This document shows, one piece after another, positions 8,420 to 20,655 of a DNA stretch of 22,384 nt. Origin of the DNA: Octopus sinensis. Taxonomy: Eukaryota. Numbering within the stretch: position 1 is the stretch's first letter; every line of letters begins with the position of its first letter. The translations under genes were made by a program, and so were the position numbers. The notes beneath the pieces were generated by a model, which did no database searches, was not told the DNA's origin, and saw nothing but the letters and a program-made list of their open reading frames with translations. The DNA is taken from contig NW_021836944.1 of NCBI RefSeq assembly GCF_006345805.1, positions 1-22,384 on the forward strand, in the 5' to 3' direction.

Positions 8420-10580
8420 ACTTATTCGGATTTCTCTTTGCTCCTGCCACCTTCACCTGTTCTTTTAAAATGGAATCGAATAATTGAACTTCCGTTACTG
8501 TGGTCCGGCACCGTTACGGTGATGCCATCAGCATACGCCGACATAGCTCTCCTGCATCCCAGTTCGAAAGGGATGTCCTTCAAGAGTTCTAGCTTTCGAT
8601 TAAAGGCTCCAGTATATATAGGAGAGATTAAAGCAATCTCCTCTGATGGATCGAGTGCAAAACATGAGATGGTTTCAAAAAGTAGCGATCGCCGATCCTA
8701 CCGAATGTGTTTGACTGCTCCCACCAACGCCAGATTTATTATCCATTTCCTCCATGATGGTGGAGATTATCTTTGCTTACGCCTTGGCCAAAATTTAAAA
8801 CTCTGAATTGAGCAAGATTGTGGGCCGGAAGTGGTCTATAATATTGTGGGCCGGAAGTGGTCTATAATATCTCAAGAACCGCTAGATGGATTCGGATGAA
8901 AATTTCAGGGGTGTTTGGCCTCGTGACTAGCACGAACTGATTAGATTCTCAGCTACGTTAATACACCCTGGCTCACAAAATTGGGAAGTCCCCCCTTTTG
9001 CTGCCAGTTGTGATGAATTTTGTCAAAAGGTCGCCGCAAAAGGGTTCTGGCATATAACCATAAAGCTCATAGGGCAGGCCAGACCAGACCATCCAAATCG
9101 AACGGTTTTTCCCTTGTGCAACCCATTCAATACTTCTTTTATCTCATTGCTGTTATTGGCCTTTTGCAGTGCATTTCCTCTACTTCCGAGAATCACGACA
9201 GGCCGTTGAGGCAGGTTCTATGACCGATCGCTTTCTCTGAAGATTTGAGCAAAATACCGCTAGAAAGCCGTACTGATTTACTTGGAACCAAGCAGGTCGC
9301 GATGCACCTCCTCCACGAGAACCCATCAAACGGCTTTAGCTCCTCACTGTTTTAGCGCACGAGCTCTAGTCCTGACAACGCAGTCGTCGTGTTTCGCATA
9401 GAAGAAATGCTTGAGGGACATTCTTGCCGCTAGCATGTTGGTTGCCATACCGTTTCTAATTTCCTCTTCTAGTTTACCAACTAGCCCTTTCTCTGGGCTA
9501 TTTCTCGCTATTTCTAGTTCTTTCATAAATTCTGTTGACTCATATTTAATTGTCCCCTTTAAGGTTCTCTACTACCTGTTGTTAACTACTGCCTCTTTCA
9601 GATACCTATTTCTTTATTACCCACAACGGGGTTAAACATAGAGGGGACAAACAAGGACAGACATTGGTATTAAGTCGATTACATCGACCCCAGTGCGTAA
9701 CTGGTGCTTAATTTATCGACCCCGAAAGGATGAAAGGCAAAGTCGACCTCGGCGGAATTTGAACTCAGAACGTAACGGCAGACGAAATACTGCAAAGCAT
9801 TTCGCCTGGCGTGCTAACGCTTCTGCCAGTTCGCCGCTTGACTAGCTCCCTAATCCGGTTTCTGATTCTTTTCACCTCAGCAAAGACGCTTTCACCTTCC
9901 TGTAGTCGGGTTACTGTCTGCGAATCCTATCGTGTGCAAATGTGTGATCTCTGTAGCCAGCCAAATTAATTTGTAGACACCCCAAAGTATCTCTGCCAGC
10001 TAATCTATCGAATACTCTAAGTAAGTTCTGGATGACCCATCGTTGTTGCTCCATTCCAGAAAATTCAGTCGATGCCTGTCAGACAGTCAGAAGCATCTGA
10101 GCACGTTTTCGAGGTTTTTGCATTTCCTTGTATGGATTAATCCTACTCAATCTCATCGTACGTCCAAAATACCATTCTAATTCCCTATTAGAACTAGAGA
10201 ACGGGGTGTTTCTAAGAAGGTTTCTAGTCGTCTCAAAAAGCATAGTCTCCTTGACTTTGCGAGTGCATAGAGGGCTGGTAGGTTGAAGGTACTATCTTTG
10301 CTGTCTTCCTTGTTTAGTACCAACAACTTACCAGCTGGATCCAGAAAGATTGTCTGTACCTCTAAATCTAATTCTTTCCGGGAGAGCACTGCTTCTCCAA
10401 CGCCCTATACAATCAGATCACGAGATGAGTACGTCTTGTAATCGTCAAAAATGGGGCTGAATAAATGTGTCCCAGGAATTCTGGTTTCAGTAATGGCTAT
10501 CATATTTATTATCCATTTCAGTTGATCTTGATGAGTAAATCACGTTACTGTCAAGCTGACCTCAGGTCACGTACCTTAAC
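8420..10580 (-). mobile_element. Decayed Tx1/L1-clade LINE ORF2 (APE endonuclease to RT), with nested insertions
   Basis: Minus-strand motifs in the expected order: IAITETR (~10490), FLDPAGKLLVL..ALYA..FLRRLETFL..LVLIGN, RDH, CVVRTRAR, DGL/GLPYELY, HFRPTILLNSEF*ILAK (~8840-8785), SAYADGITV (~8541-8515), GAKRNPNKS. Many stops and frameshifts. Confidence 0.85.
9602..9838 (-). mobile_element. SINE family A inserted in the Tx1-like LINE
   Basis: Reverse-complement match to 5265-5490. Confidence 0.9.
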
Positions 10581-10786
10581 ACATACTACTCTAAGTGGCA
10601 TCATGTTTATAGGAGAAAACAAAGGGAGAGGTTACTCACCTGCGTAATTTCGAGTGGCGGATGGTCTGTGTTCTTTGAGGTGGGTGTCACTTGAAAGGTT
10701 CTTGTAATAAAGTTTTATTTACCGACTTTCTAAAACCCCCAAGATTTTATAAAACACAGATTTACGAAGCAGTAATTTACATGAGA

Positions 10787-11106
10787 GTGGAAGCGCAATG
10801 GTCCAGTGGTTAGGGCAGCGGACTCGCGGTCGGAGTATCGCGGTTTCGATTCCCAGACCGGGCGTTGTGTGTGTTTATTGAGCGAAAACTCCTAAAAGCT
10901 CCACGAGGCTCCGGCAAGGGGTGGTGGCGACCCCTGTTGTACTCTTTCGCCACATCTTTCTCTAACTCTCTCTTTCTGTTTCTTGAGTAACGCTGCGATG
11001 GACTGGCGTCCCGTCCGGCAGGGGTGTGGGGACACATACGCCACAGAAACCGGTAAACCGGGACCGTGAACCTGGCTAGGCTTGGAAAGGGCGACGTTTA
11101 TCGTTT
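10787..11106 (+). mobile_element. tRNA-head SINE family C, alternative-tail variant
   Basis: A box TGGTCCAGTGG, B box GTTTCGATTCC. 14-bp TSD TAATTTACATGAGA at 10773-10786 and 11107-11120. Confidence 0.9.
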
Positions 11107-11258
11107 TAATTTACATGAGACTGCAGCTGTAATCTGTGAATCCTAAGTAACCAAGTGGAAAAATTAATTGAATTACTGAATTTATAGGACAAAGAGAAAA
11201 TAGTAACATCGTATCTTGAAGTTAAATTCTATATTTATTGAGTCATATTAATGCTTAG

Positions 11259-11646
11259 GTGGAGGCGCAATGGCCCAGTGGTTAGGGCAGCGGACTCGCG
11301 GTCATAGGATCGCGGTTTCAATTCCCAGACCGGGCGTTGTGAGTGTTTATTGAGCGAAAACACCGAAAAGCTCCACGAGGCTCCGGCAGGGGATGGTGGT
11401 GATCCCTGCTGTACTCTTTCACCACAACTTTCTCTCACTCTTACTTCCTGTTTCTGTTGTACCTGTATTTCAAAAGGGCCGGCCTTGTCACTCTCTGTGT
11501 CACGCTGAATATCCCCGAGAACTACGTTAAGGGTGCACGTGTCTGTGGAGTGCTCAGCCACTTACACGTTAATTTCACGAGCAGGCTGTTCCGTTGATTC
11601 GGATCAACCGGAACCCTCATCGTCGTAACCGACGGAGTGCTTCCAA
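11259..11646 (+). mobile_element. tRNA-head SINE family C, full length
   Basis: 12-bp TSD ATTAATGCTTAG at 11247-11258 and 11647-11658. Close inverted homolog at 19894-20277. Confidence 0.92.
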
Positions 11647-11908
11647 ATTAATGCTTAGTTTTTGTATCGTTTATAAATGTATTGAAAACGCTAAGAACGT
11701 ATTTTTTTGAAGCGAGTTTATCTTATTTGGAAATTTTATTCTTTGAGAGGTACTCCGAATGCTCACGAGTTTTGTCAATATTATTCGCTTAACTTATATC
11801 TACATAGATTTTCGGGCTTTGGCAGAGTTGTCTAACAACCGTAAAATCAATGGGAATTTAGGCAGGACGCCAAAACGAGAATTACTTTTAAAAGCTGCTT
11901 TGTGTAAA

Positions 11909-12275
11909 TCTCTCTCTATATAAACGGCAGTTTGTCTGTGCGTGTTTCTGTGTGTCTGTTTGCTTGTACCCTCAACCGATTCTGATGAAACTTGACACAC
12001 ACATAGCCCAATGTCATAATTCAAAACTAACGCAGCGAAAATTTTGAAAAGTTCCCCCAGTTCTGAAAAAAATCGATAAATTCGACATGGGGTCGAGAAT
12101 CAGAAACACAAACCACAAACTGTCTAGGGGACGCAACTCCACCTTTTTTAACTCTCAAAAAAAAATTTACCATCATTGTTTTCCATTTTTTTGCTATTTT
12201 TTGGCTATAACTCTCTAAAAATGCTTTATAGTTATTTCCCTTACAAACCTGAGCAACGCCGGGCGATACTGCTAG
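11909..12275 (+). mobile_element. Non-autonomous Helitron-type element (copy 5, mosaic)
   Basis: A|TCTCTCTCTATATAAACGGCAG...GAGCAACGCCGGGCGATACTGCTAG|T. Confidence 0.85.
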
Positions 12276-12538
12276 TCAAGTATATACAAATTTGAAAAAC
12301 TCGAAAAGAACTCGACTATTTCTATAGAGAGAAACTGCAACGTTTCGAGTTGTATTTGCTAAATAAAAACTAACCAGTGTTTTCTTTTTATATATATTTA
12401 ATGTCACAAAAAATGCAGCAGTTCAGATGACAGCTAATAGCAATTGATGTATATAGCTTGGATAATAATTATATTTTGTGTAAGTAAATGTACCAAAGTT
12501 CTGCGTAGTCACCTGGAAGTTAGATCGATAGGTAAGTA

Positions 12539-13039
12539 CTGAGTTGTCCGGAAAGTTCGTGCCGATTTTTAGTAGCTTAACTTTCGACTTATTTTAGAAC
12601 ATGTTTGAGTCCATAAAATAGGATTTGACTACACCTTCATTTAGAGCACAGTTTAAGCTATCTTTTCGTGGAAGAAGGTTTATGTTCCTATAACCTTTGT
12701 TAATTCTGTAACCCTTTAAAATGGAAGATAAGAAAGTCCATTTTCAGCACTTGATGCTTTTCTTTTCCCGTAAAGGGAAAAATGCCTCACAAGCAACCAA
12801 AGAAATATGCACAGTTTACGGTGATGTTTCTTTATCCGAAAGAGCTGTACGGAAGTGGTTCGCAAGGTCCCGAGCTAGAAATTGTAACCTTATTGATAAA
12901 AAGCGAAGAGGCCGACCATCCATTACGGATGACCAAATCAAGTCATTGAGAATAACTCACATTGCACAACCGAGAACTGGCAGAAAACTTCAACCTATCA
13001 AAATCCGTCGTTCATGAGCACCTGGTAAAGCTTGGGTAA
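12539..13039 (+). mobile_element. Mariner transposon 5' part (left end + N-terminal HTH of transposase, pseudogenized)
   Basis: TA at 12537-12538 then a TIR-like end. ORF from 12721 reads MEDKKVHF..GKNASQATKEICTVYG..SERAVRKWFAR..GRP, then a frameshifted ELAENFNLSKSVVHEHLVKLG*. No catalytic domain. Confidence 0.88.
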
Positions 13040-13040
13040 T

Positions 13041-13260
13041 GGCAAGTATGTGTGTGTATATGTGTGTGTGCCTGTGTTTGTCCCCCCAACATCGCTCGAC
13101 AATCGATACTGGTGTGTTTACGTCCAAGTAACTTAACGTTTCGGCAAAAGAGACCGATAGAATAAGTACTAGGCTTACAAAGAATAAGTCCTGGGGTCAA
13201 TTTGCTTGACTAAAGGCGGTGCTCCAGCATAGTCGCAGTCAAATGACTGAAACAAGTAAA
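13041..13260 (+). mobile_element. SINE family B, 3' half
   Basis: Matches 20830-21058. Confidence 0.85.
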
Positions 13261-13263
13261 GGG

Positions 13264-13323
13264 GAGAGAGAGAGAGAGAGAGAGAGAGAGACGGAGAGAG
13301 AGAGAAAGAGACGGAGAGAGAGA

Positions 13324-13375
<52 letters not shown>
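13264..13375. repeat. (GA)n microsatellite
   Basis: Direct reading. Confidence 0.95.
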
Positions 13376-13380
<5 letters not shown>

Positions 13381-14001
13381 TGTCCTTTGTAAGGCGTTGA
13401 GCTGGTAGAACTGTTAGCTTCCCGGGAAAAATGCTTAGTGGCGTTTCATCTACTTTTACTTTCTGAATTCAAATTCCGCCGAGGTCGACTTTGACGTTTA
13501 TACTTTCGGTATCGATAAAATAAGTAGCAGTTTACGTAGCACTGGTATCGATGTAATCAATTTACCACCTCACGCGAAGTTGCTAGCCTTGTACCAAAAT
13601 TTGAAATCATTTTAATATCCTTCGTAAGGCGGTGAGCTGGCAGAACTGTTTGCATGCCGGGCAAAATGTAAAGCAGCATTTTGTCCGTCTTTACGTTCTG
13701 AGTTCCAATATCACCCAGGTCGACTTTTACCATTGTTTTTTTTGTTTTTTTTTTGAGTCGACAAAATAAGTACCACTTAAGTACTGGACTCGATGCAATT
13801 TCTTTCTTTCTTTCTTTCTTTCTTTATTTATTTATTTTCTGGTATTTCGTCCGTCTTTACGTTCTGAGTTCAAATATCACCGAGGTCGACTTTTACTATT
13901 GTTTTTTTTTCTGTTTTTTTTTTTGGAGTCGACAAAATAAGTACCAGTTAAGTACTGGACTCGATGCAATTTATTTATTTATTCATTTATTTATTTTCTG
14001 G
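13376..14001 (+). mobile_element. Tandem array of diverged SINE family A copies
   Basis: Heads at ~13393 and ~13628, each preceded by the same TTTAATRTCCTTYGTAA. A ~165-bp body duplication lies at ~13678-13842 and 13843-14001. Confidence 0.75.
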
Positions 14002-14460
14002 CTATTAGGTTTAAATGCTTATCGGTATTATGAAAGCAAACACACACCGTCAGAAGGGAAAGTAGATATGACGGTTACTTAGACGGACTGGTTGGCAGAC
14101 AGACATGTTAGTAGGTAGGTATGTTTGTAGGTAGGTAGATAGGCGAGCCTACTGATATATCAAAAGTTATGCAAATAGTGAGATATATTAGTAGGTATTC
14201 AATAGATAGGTAGCTGAAGTGAAGTAAAATGAAAAAGAAATGTAAATCTTCTCTGTTGATAAATATTCGGAATGAGTCTTGTTGCTTGGAAAACGAACAG
14301 TATAGTTTGTTTATATATTTTATTATTTTTTTAAATTCCTACACCTAACGCATGCGTTTTAATGCAATTAATTGCCGTCTGCTCAAGCGAAACATTTGTT
14401 TATAAGATATGGACAACGGCAGACGACACTAGCTAAAAAGAGAAAGAGTGGAAAAGATTA

Positions 14461-15660
14461 CACTGGTCAACAGCCAATTTTCATCAGGGATATTATGTGG
14501 TGTCCTCTATGTAGTTTTGTCCGCAGATTTCAAAAATGTAATCGGTTTCCTTCTATCAGGCACAGTTTTTCTGATGAGATAAGAGAGGTATATAACTCCC
14601 ATCAGCAGTATCACTACACGTAAACGCCTTATACAGGTAAATTCTGACTTCTGTTTTATAACTATTTGTATTCATTTTGTAATTTTATATTTTCATAATC
14701 TTTTCTTTTCATAAATTTTACTTTCTGGTGAGTTATTTCGCTGTTTGTTCCAAGAGCATGTTCCAGCTGAATGGCGCTTATTCATTGATTCATCTAAGAG
14801 AAGTCTCAAGGCAATACTACTACACAACGGCAATAAGAAACCATCCATTCACATAGGACATTCAGTGCACACGAAGGAGTGTTATGAAAACATGCAAGTA
14901 CTCCTCAATGCCATAAAGTATACAATCTACAGCTGGAAAATATGTGGAGACTAGAAGGCGATTGGAATTTTGATGGGAATGCAATCTGGGTTCACGAAAT
15001 GTTGCTTTTTATGCCCGTGGGACAGTCGTGCAACTAACAAGCACTATGTGCAATAAGAGTGGCCCTTGCGAAAATCATATGAGCCAGGAGTTTCTAGCGT
15101 CCAGAGTAAGCCACTTTTAAACCCAGAAAATGTTCTTCTTCCCCCTCTTCACATAAAGCTTGGCCTCATGAAACAATTCGTGAAGACACTTGCCAGGAAA
15201 AGCTTAAAAGGTTTTGAATATGTAAAGGCCAAATTTCCAAAAATCACCGAGGTCCGCAGATAAAAGAACTCCTGAAGGACAACCACTTCCTCACAGCACT
15301 GGATGAGATTGAGTTTAAAGCCTGGGAATCCTTCAAATGGCCCTGTTAAAATTTCCTAGGCAACAAGAGATCTCTAGAGATTAGAAATGGAGTGAAATAT
15401 TTTTTAGACTCCTACGCTGCAATGGGCTGTCGGATGTCACTACAAGTCCATTTCCTTGATTCACATCTGGACTCTTTTGCAGAGAACCTTGGAGTAGTGT
15501 CTGATGAGCAAGGGGAAATGCTTTCATCAAGATATTGCATCGATGGAACAACGATATCAAGGATTTTGGAATGCAGGAATGTTAGCTGACTACTGTTGGA
15601 TGTTATACAGTGATGAACCTGAAACAAAACACCATAGAAAGTCCAAATCGCAAAAATTTT
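14461..15660 (+). mobile_element. Chapaev3-like (CMC) DNA transposon remnant with decayed DDE transposase
   Basis: WRLFIDSSKRSLKAILLHNGN..ICGD*K..WDSRA..LLPPLHIKLGLMKQFVK..MSLQVHFLDSHLD..VSDEQGE..FHQDI..MLADYCWML across frames (14745-15605). TTA|CACTG at 14458-14465 fits a CAC terminus with a TWA target. Confidence 0.8.
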
Positions 15661-15744
15661 AAGTTGTTATGCATTTATATATATTATGTGCGTGTGTGTA
15701 TATGTTTATGTGTCTGTGTTTGTCTTCCTAACATCGCTTTATAT

Positions 15745-16068
15745 GGGCAAGTGTCTTCTATTATAGCCTCGGGCCAACCAAAGCCTTGTGAGTGGATTTG
15801 GTAGACGGAAACTGAAAGAAATCCGTATATTATATATATATATATCATAATATATATATATATATATAGATATATATATATATATATAATATACAACATC
15901 GCTTGACAACCGATGCTGGTGTGTTTACATCCCCATAAATTAGCGGTTCGGCAAAAGAGACCGATAGAATAAGTACTAGGCTTACAAGGAATAAGACCTG
16001 GGGTCGATTTGCTTGAACTAAAGGCGGTGCTCCAGCATGGCCAGTCAACTGAAACAAGTAAAAGAGTA
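15745..16068 (+). mobile_element. SINE family B, 5'-truncated, with expanded internal (TA)n
   Basis: Matches 20735-21062. A short extra family-B fragment precedes it (~15688-15739). Confidence 0.85.
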
Positions 16069-16149
16069 CAATTATAAAGCGCATCATATCTGTCAAATGT
16101 ATTACAAGGGAGTTAAATAAGCAATACCTTCATAAATTCATTTTTTTCA

Positions 16150-16369
16150 TTTACTTGTATCAGTCATTTGATTGGAGCCATGCTGGAGCACAGCTTTGAA
16201 GTGTTTTAGTCAAAGAAATCGACTCCAGGACTTATTCTATCGGTCTCTTTTGCCGAACTGTTAAGTTACGGGGACGTGAACACACCAACACCGGTTGTCA
16301 AGCGGTGATGGCGTGACGGACAAACACAGACTCGAAGACACACACATAAATATATAATTATATTAATTA

Positions 16370-16407
<38 letters not shown>

Positions 16408-16820
16408 TATAATATATACGACGATCTTCAGTTTCCGTCTATTAAATCTTTCCTCAAAGCTTTGGTCGGCCTGAAGCTATAGTAGAAGACTCTTGGCCAA
16501 GGTGCCACGCGTGGGACTGAACCCAGAAGCATGTGGTTGGGAAGCAAGCGTCTTACCTATTTCTTTATTACCCACAAGGGGCTAAACACAGAGGGGACAC
16601 ACAAGACAACATAGGGATTAAGTCGATTACATCGACCCCCCAGTGCGTAACTGGTACTTCAATTTATCGACCACCCGAAAGGATGAAAGGCAACTCGACC
16701 TCGGCGGAATTTGAACTCAGACGTAACGACAGACGAAATACGGACACGCCATTTCGGCCCGGCGTGCTAACGTTTCTGCCAGCTCGCCGCCTTGTCTTAC
16801 CACACAGCCACGCCTACGTC
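16150..16820 (-). mobile_element. SINE family B (older copy) hosting a nested SINE A
   Basis: Reverse-complement match to 20656-21060. The head resumes at 16794-16815 after the insert. Confidence 0.85.
16558..16793 (-). mobile_element. SINE family A nested in SINE B
   Basis: TSD GTCTTACC at 16550-16557 and 16794-16801. Confidence 0.9.
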
Positions 16821-17172
16821 TATGGAAGGATATCAAAAGGATTTTTTTGAAACGCCTTGCTTGTGTTTAATATACTTCCATGTTTTCAAATGTGCTGAAC
16901 TTACACCGCAGAATTTGCACGGATCCTGCTAGTTTCCTTAATTATGTCCAATGAATTCTGTTCTAAAACAAATTCCTTCCTAACAGCCCCTGTAGCGCAC
17001 ATGCAGCCCTTCCTGGTCGTATATACATTCCTAGTTACAGAGAAGTAGTAAGTCACGTCAAATATATTTAACTAATGTTATCTATTTTTCTGACTCAGTG
17101 TTAAGTAGCCTCATCATAGTATTGGCTATACTACTAGAATAGTGATTTACGAGGGCTTAGATTCGAATGAAG

Positions 17173-17361
<189 letters not shown>

Positions 17362-17364
<3 letters not shown>

Positions 17365-18599
17365 TGCGACATCTCCGGCTCTATGTAGACAACGGTGAAC
17401 AGGTGTGGTCGCCGTTTGTGAGGCACGCATTCCCGCAACTCGTCTCCATGACCGAACTACAGTCGTGGATCAAAAAGAGGCCGAGGAGGGCGAATGGCAC
17501 GCGGAGTGTCGCGTTGATCTCAAGCACACTCTGCCCGTCCCCGGTCGACCTTGAGTGACTTCAACACAACCAAAGCATTCTATAGGGGATTAGTGGAGGG
17601 GAGGTACGACGAACGATCTCGGGTCAAACCTGGGCGTCGACGAGGAATACCTGACCCGCCTGTTTCAAACGACTTTCGGCCCGGGACCTATGACAACTTC
17701 CAGAGATCCCTGGCCTGGCGGTGCTACCGAGAGGCGCTAACCCGTTCGGGATAAGCTCTATAAGGCATGGCTCGAGAAACACGGGGCCGACCTGCCCTAG
17801 ATGCGGCAGAGCGACGAAACCGCTCTGCATGCAATCGTGCAGTGTCCACAGCAATTTCCACCTGTGGGCTTATGTCGAACGACTGCTGTCACGTGTGGGA
17901 CGTGTCGGTTATCAGCCGAGTCTATCGTTAATATCGTCACGCCTCCTTCCTTCAAACGGGAAGAAGAGCTATTTTTATCATACTTGTGGCTCTGGCGAAA
18001 GAATGTATCTGGTGGACGCGCTCCTGAAAGGATTAAGACAAACACTTTCCTCTCTGGTCAATCTCTCATCAACTTCTTCAAGTATCACTTGAAGAGGAAA
18101 GTGAGAGTAGAGAGACAAGTTTTTGTCTAGTGAATGTTTTAAAAAAAAGATGTGTGAATGTAGCAAGGATGGCACGTGATGAATGACGAAGCCACCTTGA
18201 CTATGATTCTATGACCGTAAAAATAATACAGAGAGTTGCTTATTTGCAAAAAAAAATAAAAGAAAGAATATAACATGTTACTTCATTGACCGAGGTTACC
18301 GGTGGTCTTTCCTCCGTAGGCTTTTCTTTCCACGGGTAAACCTCACCTGTCCTCCCCTTTACACTTCATATTGACATTTCTGTATTACGATCCCTATTGA
18401 TCAACTTTTTTTCCTCTCCCCTTTCCCCCCCCCTTTTTTTTTTTAAAAATCCTCTCCTTTTTTTGTCCTCTTTCTTTCTTTTTATTCTTTTTGATCCCTT
18501 TTGATCGAAACCAACCCCCTTTTTTTTTACCCCAAAAAAGAAAAGCTCTACCTTGTAATTGTTCTGTCTGTGTGCAGCCCTGTGTGGCTAATAAAGAAA
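17362..18599 (+). mobile_element. 5'-truncated Tx1/L1-clade LINE (ORF2 C-terminal zinc knuckle + 3' UTR)
   Basis: FQRSLAWRCYREAL, TCPRCG..ETALHAIVQCP (CCHC), LWAYVERLL, with frameshifts. Pyrimidine-rich UTR and AATAAA at 18590-18595. Confidence 0.85.
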
Positions 18600-18600
18600 C

Positions 18601-18607
18601 ATATCTA

Positions 18608-18664
<57 letters not shown>

Positions 18665-18710
18665 TTTGTCTGTTTCTCGCTCTGTCTGTGTCTGCTTCTG
18701 TCTGTCTGAA

Positions 18711-18744
<34 letters not shown>

Positions 18745-18903
18745 TGTCTTTTACCTGCCTGTCCTAATCTGTCTGTCTGTCTGTCTGGCTGTCTTCAATC
18801 TAATCTATCCTATCTATCTATCTAGCTTCTATCTATCTCTCTATCTATCTACTATCTATTTATCTATCTATCTATCTACTATCTATCTATCTATCTATCT
18901 ATT
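18601..18903. repeat. Degenerate (CTAT)n/(CTGT)n microsatellite
   Basis: Direct reading. Confidence 0.9.
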
Positions 18904-19134
18904 TACGTACCTATATACCTAACTACCTAACTACCGTTTGTGATTGTATACGTATGAGTGTGTAAATAGGAAGCTGTTTTATTTTCAAACACACTATATT
19001 AAACAGATGACCATATTTGAGTCTGATCTCTTTCCATAAGAATTTTCGTGTTTAATAATTGTATGTTTGGACAAAATCATTCTTTGGCCCATAAACGTTT
19101 CAAGACCATCCGGTCTTGGTAGTAAGTGGTAATA

Positions 19135-19660
19135 AGTGTTTCTAATTTAGACAGAAGACTCAACAACTTTTGATGGGTAGATGAAGGGTCAGATGAGGGG
19201 GTTAGAGTAATTAAGTATTCTAGTACTAGACTGATACTCTATTTTTATCGACACCCAAAAGCACCTTGAGCAAGTGTCTTCTACTATAGCCTCGGGCCGA
19301 CCAAAGCCTTGTGAGTGGATTTGGTAGACGAAAACTGAAAGAAGCCTGTCGTATATATGTATATATATATATGTGTATGTGTGTGTATGTGTTTGTCCCT
19401 CTAGCATTGCTTGACAACCGATGCTGGTGTGTTTACGTCCCCGTCACTTAGCGGTTCGGCAGAAGAGACCGATAGAATAAGTACTGGGCTTCCAAAGAAT
19501 AAGTCCCGGGGTCGATTTGCTCGACTAAAGGCGGTGCTCCAGCATGGCCGCAGTCAAATGACTGAAACAAGTAAAAATCCCTCGGTGGGATTTGAACTCA
19601 AAACGTTATGCAACAGAACAAATACTGTAAGGTATTTCTTTCCTACGCTCTAATGTTTCA
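19135..19660 (-). mobile_element. Old SINE family A copy split by a SINE B
   Basis: Core-like TTTTATCGACACCCAAAAG left of 19261 and CCTCGGTGGGATTTGAACTCA right of 19577. Confidence 0.55.
19261..19577 (+). mobile_element. SINE family B, 5'-truncated young copy
   Basis: Nearly identical to 20728-21059. Confidence 0.9.
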
Positions 19661-19893
19661 CTGTCCTTAATGTAATGGTTATAATGACATATTGCCTATG
19701 CGTTTTACTGTAGGTTGCAAAGGATGATAGGAATAGTGTTATAACTAATAAGATCATCAACGCCGAGTTCAAAAATTATACATTAGGTTTTATTTTTTAA
19801 ATTTTTCTATGACGTGTCTATGCGTTGACTTTTGTTTGTATTTGGCAATCAATTAAAGCTTCAATTGTTATCCTCCTTATTTTACCTTGAAAT

Positions 19894-20277
19894 GGAAGCA
19901 CTCCGTCGGTTACGACGACGAGGGTTCATGTTGATCCGATCAACGGAACAACCTGCTCGTGAAATTAACGTGTAAGTGGCTGAGCACTCCACAGACACGT
20001 GTACCCTTAACGTAGTTCTCGGGGATATTCAGCGTGACACAGAGAGTGACAAGGCCAGCCCTTTGAAATACAGGTACAAACAGAACAGGAAGAAGAAGAG
20101 TGAGAGAAAGTTGTGGTGAAAGAGTACAGCAGGGATCACCGCCATCCCTGCCGGAGCCTCGTGGAACTTCAGGTGTTTTCGCTCAATAAACACTCACAAC
20201 GCCCGGTCTGGGAATCGAAACCGCGATCCTATGACCGCGAGTCCGCTGCCCTAACCACTGGGCCATTGCTCCTCCAC
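19894..20277 (-). mobile_element. SINE family C, full length
   Basis: 11-bp TSD TACCTTGAAAT at 19883-19893 and 20278-20288. Confidence 0.92.
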
Positions 20278-20655
20278 TACCTTGAAATAAGATAGTGCTG
20301 ACTTCTAATATTTTTCTAACTTTAATTCACGTATCACATTGAGTTTCGACGGTTCCATTTAAGGACTGGGCCTTTGTTGCAGTTTTAGGGTACCAAGAAA
20401 ATAAATATCAGATGAATGTTTCCTTTATAAGAGACGTCACTGATAATATTTTCAAGATTATGTACCAACTTTCTTTATTATCGCACTCATAATTCAGTGC
20501 AAAATGTCTATGTAGAAAAAACAGGTTTGCAGGCGATTTGACCTTTCAATAAGTAAGTTAGCAGGCAAATATTTTAGTCATTCAGTGTAGCTCACTTCTA
20601 CGACCAAATTAATCTGTGACACTAAATTGCTGTAAAGTGTTTGCAATAAAAGAAA

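Noticed and set aside
8402-8806. 134-aa plus-strand ORF containing SAYADI
   Set aside because: It is the antisense of the decayed RT. The ordered RT motifs are on the minus strand.
10787-10862. tRNA-like sequences here and at 6225, 11259, 20656 and 21617 as tRNA genes
   Set aside because: They are SINE heads: they continue into repeat bodies, several have TSDs, and I see no convincing complete cloverleaf.
12721-13017. SETMAR-like host gene
   Set aside because: Only a frameshifted mariner N-terminus, with no SET or catalytic domain.
19093-19120. Hairpin plus GAAACGUU on minus, resembling half a hammerhead
   Set aside because: No CUGANGA upstream, so at most a truncated relic.
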